This document shows, one piece after another, positions 9,548 to 19,731 of a stretch of 39,843 nucleotides of DNA. Within the stretch, counting starts at the first letter, position 1; the number at the start of each line of letters is the position of its first letter. Under the pieces are notes generated by a model that saw only the letters and a list, made by a program, of their open reading frames with translations, made no database searches and was not told where the DNA came from. Where the stretch lies: sequence record SRR22947725_4399; one strand, written 5' to 3'. The translations under genes and the position numbers were made by a program.

Positions 9548-12500
9548 ATGAATTCCCCCTCCATGACTCCTGCTGCGGGCGATTGCCAGGTGGCATATGT
9601 TGGAGATTGGGCCCGTTTTGAAATCAGGCCCAATGATTCTCAGCACAGACCCAAGACGCATACCGCATTCCTCAGGACTAATCTAGGTAGAGCCGATGTC
9701 TTGCAGAAAGAAATCATGCAGCGCACCTCTGGTAAGAACGCATTGGCTCTTTTTTCCTGGCAGGATATTCCAATGGAGTGGCAAGAGGATTGCTGGAGCA
9801 TTCAGCTTCCATTGACACAGGTGGGATATTTCCGGGCAAAACCTTATCTTCTGAATTCGGATCACCATCAAATTTGGCCAGGGGGTTCAGATTCTGGTGT
9901 CTCCGTGCATCCGAATTTCACCCGCAGTGCCAATACAATCTATTGTGCCTGGATCAGACTGTTTGGTGATTCAAAATCCTTGTCCAATACCATTTCCCAG
10001 CGCTCCAACCCACATCATCAACCGCTGGATGAGAAGGGCTATTCTGTCATTCCTCCATCAGGTAAAATCCGCGACCTCATCAAGGAACTGCCGCATATTG
10101 TCGATACTCTGGGTTGTCAAATCATCCACTTACTCCCTATCAATCCCACACCTACCACCTACGCCAGATTTGGTCGATTTGGCAGCCCATATGCCGCTCA
10201 AAACCTGATAGCTGTGGATCCAGCATTAGTGGAGTTCGATCAATCATCAACAGGAATTGATCAGTTTCAAGAATTAACCGAAGCCGTGCATGCAAAGGGT
10301 GCGCGCGTGTTTATTGATCTGGTGGCAAACCACACCGGCTGGGGTGCCGATATTCATGAGAATCACCCAGATTGGTATGAACGCGAGCCATCCGGTCAAT
10401 TTATCAGCCCGGGTGCATGGGGAAATATCTGGGGTGATTTGGTAGAACTCAATCAATCCAATCCTGATATTTGGAAATACCTTGCGGATGTCTTTCTCAT
10501 CTGGTGTCGAAGGGGCGTTGACGGGTTTCGCTGTGATGCGGGATACATGGTACCAGTTGAGGCCTGGCAATTCATCATTTCACGCGTCCGCGAAGAATAT
10601 CCCAATACGATCTTTCTCCTCGAAGGGCTCGGAGGAGCCTGGGAGGCAACCGAAAACCTTCTAACAGATGGCGGCATGCAATGGGCTTACTCGGAATTGT
10701 TCCAGGAATTCAGTGGACCTTCTCTGCATCGTTATCTGGATCATTGCATAAAGCAAAGTCCACGTGTGGGCACCTTGGTTCATTACAGTGAAACGCATGA
10801 CAATAATCGTCTTGCACACAGAGGACGCATCTGGTCGCTGCTGCGCAACCGCCTGTCGGCTCTGACAAGCGTCAATGGTGGATTCGCTTTCACTTGCGGT
10901 GTCGAATGGTTGGCATCAGAAAAAATAATTGTGCATGAATGCACTGGAATGAATTGGGGAGCCAAAGACAATATTGTAAATGAGCTTGCCAGGCTAAACC
11001 GGTTACTGACTACCCACCCGTGCTTCTTCGACGGAGCAATCATGAAGGGGCTTGATGCAGGAAGTGACTCCATCTACCTGATGGAAAGAACCTCTTCAGA
11101 TGCTTCCAGAAGATTGTGGATTCTGGTCAATACCCATGAATCCCAGAAAATCACAGCCAAACTGGATCCTGCGCTCTTTCATAGCGCAAAGCATCCACCA
11201 TCGATTGACCTGCTGGGACAGAAAGATCTTGTGGAATGGGATATCACCCCTGAAACCTGGGCCCTGACTTTACCTGCCTGTACCGTATTATGCCTTTCAT
11301 ACGAAGAGGGCGTTCAACCGGAATCCGGCCATGAATATCGCACAAAGCGGAGTCAATCTGCCATGGCGCTGCAATGCCTTGGTCAGATCCTGCCTATCGA
11401 AAAAATCCCATTCACTCCATGGCAGGATTTAGCCAGAAGCGTTGAGGAATCACTCACTCAATGGCTGGCATCTATATCGAGGTTGAGATCAGGCTTGGAT
11501 GAATCTGCCACTGATTCCAATTCAAGGGCAAAGGATCCATCTGCGTATTTGAATGTGATTGAATGGTCCACTGAAGATCGTGCTCGCTTGACCCCCGTGC
11601 CGAAACACCACTGGATCCTCATCCGAGAGCCCCACCCTTTCAGTGTCCGATTGACCCATGACTGCAGCAATCAATCAGTGAACCTCAAATCGGTTCCGCG
11701 AAAACATGATCACGTGGCAGTTTACTGGGCGGAGCAGGCAGGTAAGCTTCAATTGGAAATACAATCCTACGGGACCTCTATCAACACCCATAAAGAGCGT
11801 CTGATTGTTTTTGATCATCGCACAGTCCACGCACTGGCCAAAGGTCAGGATCAGATGACCCTTTTAACCAACGGACGTGGTGCCATGGCACGGGTGCATG
11901 CTGGGATAGATGAAATTCATTCAAAATATGACTGCCTTCTTGGAGCGAATCTTCATGCGACATTGCCAGTAGACCGCCATGTATTGATCAAACGCATTCG
12001 AATTTGGGTAAATGCCAATGGATTTATCACACCATTGAATCGCATGGCGCTCCTGAGTTTCGATGCCGGCGCACCGGCGAGATGGCGATTCTTCGCCCCA
12101 GCAGGCAATGGGCGGTCAGTCGAAATCGAACTGGTCATGGACATGCTCAAGGATGCCAATACGACCCTCATTCGTTTAATCCGGCCCAAGGATCGCTTCT
12201 CCAGCGGCGAAGAACTCCCGGAGGAGTATCCCGTCCGCTTGACAGTGCGCTTTGATATTGAAGATCGGAATTTTCACTGGGAAACACAGAGAAACGAGAG
12301 CGCAGAACACCATTTCAATCAACATGTCCACCACACCGACTCACCAGCAGGATTTCATTTTTCTCCCGCACCAGAAAGACAACTCAGCGTCTGGACCACA
12401 AACGGACAATATCACTCGGCTCCAGAGTGGGCTCAGGGAATCCCGCATCCCATTGAACAAAGCCGGGGACAAACAGGACATGGAGACGCATTCAGCCCCG

Positions 12501-13927
12501 GATGGTTTGAGATCCCCATGGGAACCGGTGAGACGGTCCATCTCGTTGCCACAGCCGAGCTGAAAAATCCGGACCAGCATTCCATTGCACATTTTGAAGA
12601 CGCACGCCTTCAGCATCATGAAACACTCTTGGCCAAGGCCAATTTGGACGACAATGATCGATGGGGACGTCAACTACTGAAGGCACTTGATGCCTTTGTG
12701 GTGAAACGGGATGACGGCAGGACCGTGATCGCCGGGTATCCATGGTTTCTGGACTGGGGACGCGATTCGTTGATCGTGGCACGCGGCATGTTGAGTGGCG
12801 GAATGATCGATGAGGTCGTCAAATTGTTGAAAGTATTCGGCCGATTTGAATCACACGGTACACTTCCGAATACTATTCACGGAGCCAATGCCAGCAATCG
12901 CGACACTTCCGATGCCCCGCTTTGGTACGGCGTTTTAAGCGAAGAAACGGCAGTAATCAAGGGTGATTCTTTTTATCAAATGGAGGTAGATGACGCAGGC
13001 AAGACGATTCAAGAGGTACTCTTCCGTATTGCCAATGGCATACTGAGTGGCACACCCAACGGCATACATATGGACCTGGAAAGTGGGCTGGTGTGGAGCC
13101 CGAGTCATTTTACCTGGATGGATACCAACTATCCTGCAGGCACCCCGAGAGAGGGATACCCCATTGAAATCCAGGCTTTGTGGATACGATTGCTCCGGCT
13201 GTTGAACACACTTTATTCAGCAAAAGAGAAAGCATCCATACCGCACTATATGAAACCTTTGAAAGGCACATGGCAGGATTGGCTTAAGCTGGCGAAACGC
13301 TCCTTTGATCACTTGTTCTGGATTGAAGAGAAAGGTTGGCCTGCAGATGTACTCTTGGGATCAAAAGGCACCCCCGCAAAGGAAGCGCTGCGCGATCAGG
13401 CATTGAGGAGCAATTGCCTGTGGGCTGTAAGTCTGGGATGCATGGATGGCGAAAAAGCCCGTTCAACGGTAAATGCAGCGCGGAAATGCCTCGTCATTCC
13501 GGGGGCCTTGAGATCATTGGCGCCACTTCCGGTGATTCCACATTTACCCATCCATGGTAAAAATGGAGACCTTCTGAACGACCCCACTTTCCCATACTGG
13601 GGGCGTTATGAAGGAGAGGAGGACACCCGCCGCAAACCAGCCTATCATAATGGGACTGCATGGCTATGGACCTTCCCTACCTTCTGTGAAGCTTTGGCAG
13701 AGGCTTGGAAAACTGATCCCAAGGCAAAAGATGCAGCTCTCGATTATCTGGCTTCCATGTCTCATTTTTGGATTGAGGGATGCTCCGGTCATTTACCGGA
13801 GGTCGTGGATGGTGACGCTCCCCACCAACAGCGTGGTTGCGATGCACAGGCATGGAGTGTTTCGGAGGCCCTGCGTGTCTGGACCAAAATTAATCATGCA
13901 CAAAAAAGCACCTCAAAAACAAAATGA
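9548..13927 (+). CDS. Fused glycogen debranching enzyme: GH13 alpha-amylase-family domain + GDE_N + amylo-alpha-1,6-glucosidase domain
   Basis: GH13 regions DLVANH, GFRCDAG, LLEGL, SETHD; GDE_N-like LLTNGRG; GDE_C motifs VIAGYPWFLDWGRD, TWMDT, YHNGTAW, GCDAQAWSVSE. Confidence 0.9.
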   Translation: MNSPSMTPAAGDCQVAYVGDWARFEIRPNDSQHRPKTHTAFLRTNLGRADVLQKEIMQRTSGKNALALFSWQDIPMEWQEDCWSIQLPLTQVGYFRAKPYLLNSDHHQIWPGGSDSGVSVHPNFTRSANTIYCAWIRLFGDSKSLSNTISQRSNPHHQPLDEKGYSVIPPSGKIRDLIKELPHIVDTLGCQIIHLLPINPTPTTYARFGRFGSPYAAQNLIAVDPALVEFDQSSTGIDQFQELTEAVHAKGARVFIDLVANHTGWGADIHENHPDWYEREPSGQFISPGAWGNIWGDLVELNQSNPDIWKYLADVFLIWCRRGVDGFRCDAGYMVPVEAWQFIISRVREEYPNTIFLLEGLGGAWEATENLLTDGGMQWAYSELFQEFSGPSLHRYLDHCIKQSPRVGTLVHYSETHDNNRLAHRGRIWSLLRNRLSALTSVNGGFAFTCGVEWLASEKIIVHECTGMNWGAKDNIVNELARLNRLLTTHPCFFDGAIMKGLDAGSDSIYLMERTSSDASRRLWILVNTHESQKITAKLDPALFHSAKHPPSIDLLGQKDLVEWDITPETWALTLPACTVLCLSYEEGVQPESGHEYRTKRSQSAMALQCLGQILPIEKIPFTPWQDLARSVEESLTQWLASISRLRSGLDESATDSNSRAKDPSAYLNVIEWSTEDRARLTPVPKHHWILIREPHPFSVRLTHDCSNQSVNLKSVPRKHDHVAVYWAEQAGKLQLEIQSYGTSINTHKERLIVFDHRTVHALAKGQDQMTLLTNGRGAMARVHAGIDEIHSKYDCLLGANLHATLPVDRHVLIKRIRIWVNANGFITPLNRMALLSFDAGAPARWRFFAPAGNGRSVEIELVMDMLKDANTTLIRLIRPKDRFSSGEELPEEYPVRLTVRFDIEDRNFHWETQRNESAEHHFNQHVHHTDSPAGFHFSPAPERQLSVWTTNGQYHSAPEWAQGIPHPIEQSRGQTGHGDAFSPGWFEIPMGTGETVHLVATAELKNPDQHSIAHFEDARLQHHETLLAKANLDDNDRWGRQLLKALDAFVVKRDDGRTVIAGYPWFLDWGRDSLIVARGMLSGGMIDEVVKLLKVFGRFESHGTLPNTIHGANASNRDTSDAPLWYGVLSEETAVIKGDSFYQMEVDDAGKTIQEVLFRIANGILSGTPNGIHMDLESGLVWSPSHFTWMDTNYPAGTPREGYPIEIQALWIRLLRLLNTLYSAKEKASIPHYMKPLKGTWQDWLKLAKRSFDHLFWIEEKGWPADVLLGSKGTPAKEALRDQALRSNCLWAVSLGCMDGEKARSTVNAARKCLVIPGALRSLAPLPVIPHLPIHGKNGDLLNDPTFPYWGRYEGEEDTRRKPAYHNGTAWLWTFPTFCEALAEAWKTDPKAKDAALDYLASMSHFWIEGCSGHLPEVVDGDAPHQQRGCDAQAWSVSEALRVWTKINHAQKSTSKTK

Positions 13928-13952
13928 AGTCATGGGCCGGACTGATTCCAGC

Positions 13953-13980
13953 TTGTCCCTGTGCTAATTCCTGATACGCT
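13953..13980 (+). promoter_or_regulatory. Putative sigma70 promoter of prfC (TTGTCC-16-TACGCT, extended -10)
   Basis: TTGTCC 13953-13958, TGA-TACGCT ending at 13980, 10 nt before GTG 13991. Confidence 0.45.
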
Positions 13981-13990
13981 ACGCCGCCTT

Positions 13991-15610
13991 GTGAGCTTTC
14001 AAAAAGAAATCCAACGTAGACGCACTTTTGCTATTATTTCGCATCCGGATGCCGGTAAGACCACGCTGACAGAGAAACTCTTACTATATGGCGGAGCGGT
14101 TCATCTGGCAGGGTCCGTTACTGCTCGTAAGCACCAGCGGGCCTCCACGTCAGATTGGATGGAGCTTGAACGAAAACGTGGCATTTCGATCAGTTCCACC
14201 GTGCTGCAGTTTGAATACGATGATTTTGCCATCAATCTCCTCGATACCCCCGGACACAAGGACTTTTCCGAAGATACCTACCGCGTACTGACCGCGGTGG
14301 ATGGAGTCGTCATGGTCATTGATGCCGCTAAAGGAATCGAGGCTCAAACGCGCAAACTATTTGAGATATGTCGGCGCAGGGGCATTCCAATTTTCACCTA
14401 CATGAACAAATGCGATCGCCCCACCAAAGACCCATTGGAATTGCTGGATGAACTTGAGCGCGTGCTGGGCATTGGTTCCTTTCCCATCAATTGGCCAATC
14501 GGCACCGGGGTGGATTTCAAGGGGGTATTTGATCGTCTGGCAAAAGAGGTACATTTATTTGAGCGCACGGCAGGCGGTTTGTACCGGGCACCTGAATCGG
14601 TCGGTGATCTGGATGCCCCCATCATCAAGGATCAATTGAACACCGAAATGCATGAAAAATTGAAGGAGGAGGTTGAAATGCTCAATCTGGCGGGCGAATC
14701 CTTCGACATGGAATCGGTTTACAACGGAACAATGACTCCGGTTTTCTTCGGAAGCGCCATGAACAATTTCGGGGTTGAATTGCTTCTCAAAGGCTTTTTA
14801 AAATACTCTCCCCCTCCTGCCCCAAGACACTCAGGTGAGAAAGTCATCCCTACCGATCATGAAACCTTCTCTGCATTCGTATTCAAGATTCAGGCCAACA
14901 TGGACCCTCGGCATCGGGATCGCATTGCATTCGTTCGGATTTGCTCCGGTAAATTTGAGCGTGACATGACTGTAGTGCACCCCCGCTCTGGGAAAAAGAT
15001 CCGTCTCGCGAGTTCTCACAAACTCTTTGGCAATGAACGGGAAACTGTCGATAGCGCTTACGCAGGCGACATCGTCGGTCTCGTCGGGCTTTCTGATTTT
15101 GGCATTGGTGATACACTGACAAACGACACTACTATCCGATTCAAGGAGATCCCCATATTTACGCCTGAAACCTTTGCTTACCTGCACAACCCAAATACAG
15201 CAAAATACAAGCAGTTCAGACAGGGCCTGGATCAATTGCTGCAGGAAGGGGTTATTCAGGTCATGCGCGTTCGAGACTCGATCACTCGAATCCCGCTTCT
15301 GGCTGCCGTCGGACAACTCCAGTTTGAGGTCGTCCAATATCGACTTGAAACTGAGTATGGCGCTGAGTCCCGATTAGAAAAGGCTCCATGGTCGGTCATA
15401 AAGTGGCTACCTGCAGGTATGGAGGAATCTGAATTAGATGCACTTCAACTACCAACCGGAACAAAAATCGCCTACGACTCTAACGACAATCCGGTTGCAT
15501 TATTTGACTCTGACTGGGCCGCAAGTTACTTCAGTGAGACCAATGGAGGTCTGGAATTGTCAACCCTCCCTCCTGCAAGCAAGGCAATCCTGACACGTCA
15601 TATTGATTGA
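13991..15610 (+). CDS. prfC: Peptide chain release factor 3
   Basis: RRRTFAIISHPDAGKTTLTEKLLLYGG, SDWMELERKRGIS, DTPGH.DFSEDTYR, FKIQANMDPRHRDR, AVGQLQFEV; GTG start at 13991. Confidence 0.98.
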   Translation: MSFQKEIQRRRTFAIISHPDAGKTTLTEKLLLYGGAVHLAGSVTARKHQRASTSDWMELERKRGISISSTVLQFEYDDFAINLLDTPGHKDFSEDTYRVLTAVDGVVMVIDAAKGIEAQTRKLFEICRRRGIPIFTYMNKCDRPTKDPLELLDELERVLGIGSFPINWPIGTGVDFKGVFDRLAKEVHLFERTAGGLYRAPESVGDLDAPIIKDQLNTEMHEKLKEEVEMLNLAGESFDMESVYNGTMTPVFFGSAMNNFGVELLLKGFLKYSPPPAPRHSGEKVIPTDHETFSAFVFKIQANMDPRHRDRIAFVRICSGKFERDMTVVHPRSGKKIRLASSHKLFGNERETVDSAYAGDIVGLVGLSDFGIGDTLTNDTTIRFKEIPIFTPETFAYLHNPNTAKYKQFRQGLDQLLQEGVIQVMRVRDSITRIPLLAAVGQLQFEVVQYRLETEYGAESRLEKAPWSVIKWLPAGMEESELDALQLPTGTKIAYDSNDNPVALFDSDWAASYFSETNGGLELSTLPPASKAILTRHID

Positions 15611-15887
15611 AAAGCGTTGCCTACGGTTTCATGAACGCATTCATTGCCGGTTGACAAAGAAGCGATAAAAACGCCAGGGGCGACAAGGAAGTTTCAACGT
15701 TAAAACCCTTCATTAGAAACCAGAGGCTACACCCCAGCGTGGTACCGACAGTTCAAGGACCAAGCGGGAATCAGAATGTGCTTGAAAGTCTGTTTCCTGT
15801 AACTGGCATTTGGAGACGCATGCGGTCAATGGAATGCTGGTAAGCTAGCACCAAGTTAATCTGATGTTGTCAACAGTCCATCCAGCC

Positions 15888-15919
15888 AAAAACCCTGAAT
15901 CATGGGGTTTCAGAGGTTT
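15888..15919 (-). terminator. Possible intrinsic terminator downstream of the PfpI gene
   Basis: Minus strand AAACC-T-CTGAA..TTCAG-GGTTT bulged hairpin running into TTTTT. Confidence 0.3.
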
Positions 15920-16065
15920 AGCAGGAAAAAGGTAAGAGAGTGCCTCTGTTGAGTCGTCTTCTCAATTGATGATCTCTCCGCAACTCTCCTTTTGCAAAGT
16001 CAAATATTCCCATGCCTGGGCCTTTTGATTACCCTCTGTGTTACAGCAACCTTAAGGGCTGTGAA

Positions 16066-16644
16066 TTATGAAATTCCCTCTGTTTTGGATCGCGCAGCAT
16101 CGAGAAGTTTCATCCACTCTCCCATGTAGTAACCGTGATCATGATACGTGCGACCGCTGACCATGTTACCGTCCACCACGCAGGCTTCATCAACAAACGT
16201 CCCACCACACACTTCAAGGTCAAACTTGCATTTAGGAACAGTCGCCATTTTGCGACCTTTGACACAATCGGCATAAGCCGGGATTTCTACCCCGTGACAG
16301 ACACTGGCTATGGGCTTGTTTTTTTCAAAAAAGTGTTTGGTCACGCGCACCAGATCTTTGTCATAACGAATATATTCAGGTGCTCGTCCACCACTGAAAA
16401 AGATACCCAGGTAATCATCTGGATCGATATCCTTGAATGCGATGTCTGACTGAATGGTATAACCTTCCCATTCACGAGTGATGGTCCAGCCGGGTTTGAC
16501 TTCATGCATGACCATGTTGTAACGATGGACCTCCGGGCCAGCCACTACAGGTTTGTATCCCGCCTCGATCAAACGATGATAAGGATATAGAGTGTCCACG
16601 GTTTCACTTGCGTCACCAATAACAATCAGAACTTTATGTTGCAT
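16066..16644 (-). CDS. DJ-1/PfpI family protein (glyoxalase III/deglycase-like)
   Basis: N-terminal Glu (GDASE), GGRAPEY, nucleophile elbow SVCHG, VVDGNMVSGR. Confidence 0.9.
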   Translation of the reverse strand: MQHKVLIVIGDASETVDTLYPYHRLIEAGYKPVVAGPEVHRYNMVMHEVKPGWTITREWEGYTIQSDIAFKDIDPDDYLGIFFSGGRAPEYIRYDKDLVRVTKHFFEKNKPIASVCHGVEIPAYADCVKGRKMATVPKCKFDLEVCGGTFVDEACVVDGNMVSGRTYHDHGYYMGEWMKLLDAARSKTEGIS

Positions 16645-16648
16645 GCAT

Positions 16649-17629
16649 CTATTGAAGCGAATTCACGCATGATTCCAAGTATCTTCTTGCTCGATTGATT
16701 TCCCGCGTCGTTTCAAAGGCCTCAGGCAGGATCGGAATCCCGCGGGGTACCGGGTGCATGAATATTTCGGTCCACCCCCGGTATTGAATGGATTTTAAAG
16801 CCTTCAGAATGGGGGTGAAATCCAATGAACCGCGCCCGGGCATCTGAAGCAGTTCTCGTGGCTTGGACAGTTTGGTCATGCACCCCATCCCATATTGCCA
16901 GGCATAGAACATCGAGATACTCGGTCCCAGATCTCGAATCAGATCACCCAGAGCATCGGCTCCCAGCCCCAAAGTCTCCAGATGATAAGGTGCCAGAGCC
17001 ACTCCCAGAGGTTGACCCACGGCAAATTCAGCCAGCCAGCGCAGGGAGTCAGGTGTATGAATCAAATTATTGGCATGATTCTCAATAGCCAGAGTGACGC
17101 CATGGTTTGCTGCGATCTCAAGATGGGGCTTGAGTTTTTCTACAAAGCTAAGGACGGCTTGTTTGAGTGGTTGCCCCTCGAGCCCCGCAGGGCCTTTCCC
17201 CCCGGTAACGATCAATGGGCATTTCAACTTACCCGCCAGCTGCATCTCTTTATCAACACCAAAGGGACCCAGGTCGTAGCGCGTGAGGCATCCAGTGGTC
17301 ACTTGATGCTGATTCAATCGGGATAGAAACGCATCCCAACCCATCGCTTCCGCCTGCTCACGCTGGTTGCCATGACTCATGGGCCATAGATCAATGGCAG
17401 TGGCACCGCCACGCCGAACCTCAGGAAGAATAACATCCAGCGACAATTGACCATACATGCTTGAAGCCAGGCAATAACGAAGCTGGAATTGACCGGACTG
17501 GCTGGATGCTTGCGCATGCAAGACTCCTAGCGTCGAGGCCATCCCTGCACTCATGCAGGATAAAAAAGATCTTCGGTCCTGAAGCCGATCAAAGGCCAAC
17601 ACACTATTTTTGGATCTCGAACTGGGCAT
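16649..17629 (-). CDS. Tat-exported sugar phosphate isomerase/epimerase (TIM barrel)
   Basis: DRRSFL Tat motif with AQA cleavage site; IENH, PGRGSLDF, YRGWTEIFMH; start ATG 17629 (GTG 17635 possible). Confidence 0.85.
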   Translation of the reverse strand: MPSSRSKNSVLAFDRLQDRRSFLSCMSAGMASTLGVLHAQASSQSGQFQLRYCLASSMYGQLSLDVILPEVRRGGATAIDLWPMSHGNQREQAEAMGWDAFLSRLNQHQVTTGCLTRYDLGPFGVDKEMQLAGKLKCPLIVTGGKGPAGLEGQPLKQAVLSFVEKLKPHLEIAANHGVTLAIENHANNLIHTPDSLRWLAEFAVGQPLGVALAPYHLETLGLGADALGDLIRDLGPSISMFYAWQYGMGCMTKLSKPRELLQMPGRGSLDFTPILKALKSIQYRGWTEIFMHPVPRGIPILPEAFETTREINRARRYLESCVNSLQ

Positions 17630-17768
17630 GGGCACATATTAGCGGATTCCCCCGTTAACTAAAGTCAAAATCCAGGCCATGAAACGCAGTTCTATTGCGA
17701 AATTCCTTGTTATCCAGCTCATTCATTCCTTTGATAGCCCGCCTATGGTTTCGCTTCCATCAAACACA

Positions 17769-19661
17769 ATGCTGCTCTCCGCCACAGATCTGGTTTTGGC
17801 CTATGATTATTTACGTCTTCTGGATGGCGTTACAGTGGCGATCAGTGCGGGCGAAAAGGTCGGATTGGTCGGCCGGAATGGTTGCGGTAAAACCAGTCTT
17901 TTAAAAATCCTCGCAAATCAATCGCAAGCCGACGGAGGAGATGTTTCCCGCCGAAAGGGATTACGCATCGGTTATCTTCCCCAGGAGTTCGAACTGGATG
18001 AGGCCTCATCAGTCCGCCACAATATTCTTTCGGGCGCAGCCGATGTCACAAAATGGATCTCTTGCTATGAATCGGGTAAGGGCTCCAGCGCTGAGCAGGC
18101 GGAATGGCTTGCAAAAATCGAACTTGCCGATGGCTGGAACCTGGAATCGCGTGCGAAAACCATCGCCACATCACTTTCCGCTCCCCCAATGGAATCCCGT
18201 GTTGACTCCTTGTCGGGAGGTGAAAAACGTCGCGTCGCACTTTGCCGTGCCCTGGTTGCACAACCCGACCTTCTTTTACTGGATGAACCGACGAACCATC
18301 TGGACGCCGCTACCATTAATTGGTTGGAGGATTACCTGAAGTCTTTCTCAGGCGCAGTCATGTTTGTCACCCATGACCGTTATTTTCTGGATACGATCGC
18401 CACTCGCGTCGTGGAAATCGATCAGGGCCGTGCATTTTCTCATCCGGGTAACTACACCGCTTTTCTGGAATCCAAAGCCATTCGTCAACAAATTGCAGAC
18501 CAGGGGGAGCGTCGGCGTCAACGCTTCCTGCGCGAGGAACTCGAATGGGTGAAGGCCGGAGTCCGCGCTCGGAGGACCAAGGCTAAGCATCGACTCGATA
18601 CCTATTACGAAATCAAAGGTCTTGAAGCTCCACCCGAAGAAAGGGAAATGGACGTCCTGATCCCACCACCTCCCGGCATGGGAAATGTCGGAGTGGAACT
18701 GGAAGGGGCAAGTGTGAAGGTGGGTGAAGGAAATCAGGAACGCTGGTTATTCCGGAATCTGGATCTATCCCTGACGCCGGGACGCTGTATCGGCGTGGTG
18801 GGCAAGAATGGTGTCGGCAAAACGACGCTTCTCAAGGTTTGCATGGGACTCATGGAACCTGACGAGGGCAGCGCAACCATCGGCAAGAAGATTCAAATCA
18901 ACTACATTGATCAATCTCGCATGCAACTCAAAGGTACAGGAACGGTGCTTGAGGAAATCTCGGATGGGGATGAGTCCGTCATGTTCGGAACGCGGCAGCT
19001 CAGTGCCAGAGGTTACCTGCGACGATTTCAATTTCAGGATCATCGAGCCAATGAACCGGTAGCACAACTTTCAGGAGGAGAACGCGCCAGATTGATGCTG
19101 GCAAAAGTATTAAAACGAGGCGGTAATTTTCTCATTCTGGACGAACCCACCAATGACCTGGATTTACAAAGTCTCCGCATGCTCGAGGAAGCGCTGGCAG
19201 ATTTCGATGGAAGTGTGATTGTTGTGAGCCATGATCGATATTTTTTGGACCGTATCTGTGATCAGATCATTTCATTCGAACCAGACGGCGTATTTGTCCA
19301 GCCCGGGAACTACTCCTACTACCTTGAAAAACGCAAAGAACGTGAAGCCCGCAAACAATCAGCATTTCAAACAACTGAAAAGCCAACGGTTGCAGAAAAA
19401 GTAAAGCGCTCAAAAAAAGATCGTCCTCGGCGTTTGAGTTACATGGAGAAACGTGAACTCGAAGGCATGGAAGAGAACATCCTGGCAACCGAATCCAAGG
19501 TAGAGGCATTGGAAGCAAAACTGAACGATCCAAGCTTCTATGTCGATCGCGCGCATGAAGCTGCCGAGGTAACCAAGGAGTTGGAAAAGCAGAAAAAGGA
19601 GGTCACTGCTTTATACGCTCGTTGGGAGGAACTTACTCAAATTGAAACCGGTGAAGAGTAA
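17769..19661 (+). CDS. ABC-F family ATP-binding protein (Uup-like)
   Basis: Two ABC cassettes (GRNGCGKT / LSGGE / LLDEPTNHLD; GKNGVGKT / LSGGE / ILDEPTNDLD), no TM segments, C-terminal coiled coil LSY.EKREL..YARWEEL; start probably ATG 17769. Confidence 0.92.
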   Translation: MLLSATDLVLAYDYLRLLDGVTVAISAGEKVGLVGRNGCGKTSLLKILANQSQADGGDVSRRKGLRIGYLPQEFELDEASSVRHNILSGAADVTKWISCYESGKGSSAEQAEWLAKIELADGWNLESRAKTIATSLSAPPMESRVDSLSGGEKRRVALCRALVAQPDLLLLDEPTNHLDAATINWLEDYLKSFSGAVMFVTHDRYFLDTIATRVVEIDQGRAFSHPGNYTAFLESKAIRQQIADQGERRRQRFLREELEWVKAGVRARRTKAKHRLDTYYEIKGLEAPPEEREMDVLIPPPPGMGNVGVELEGASVKVGEGNQERWLFRNLDLSLTPGRCIGVVGKNGVGKTTLLKVCMGLMEPDEGSATIGKKIQINYIDQSRMQLKGTGTVLEEISDGDESVMFGTRQLSARGYLRRFQFQDHRANEPVAQLSGGERARLMLAKVLKRGGNFLILDEPTNDLDLQSLRMLEEALADFDGSVIVVSHDRYFLDRICDQIISFEPDGVFVQPGNYSYYLEKRKEREARKQSAFQTTEKPTVAEKVKRSKKDRPRRLSYMEKRELEGMEENILATESKVEALEAKLNDPSFYVDRAHEAAEVTKELEKQKKEVTALYARWEELTQIETGEE

Positions 19662-19731
19662 GTTCAGTATGGAGTGAGATAAATAAGCAGAGTCTTCTGA
19701 CCCTTAGCTTTTACCTGCACACACTCGAGTT

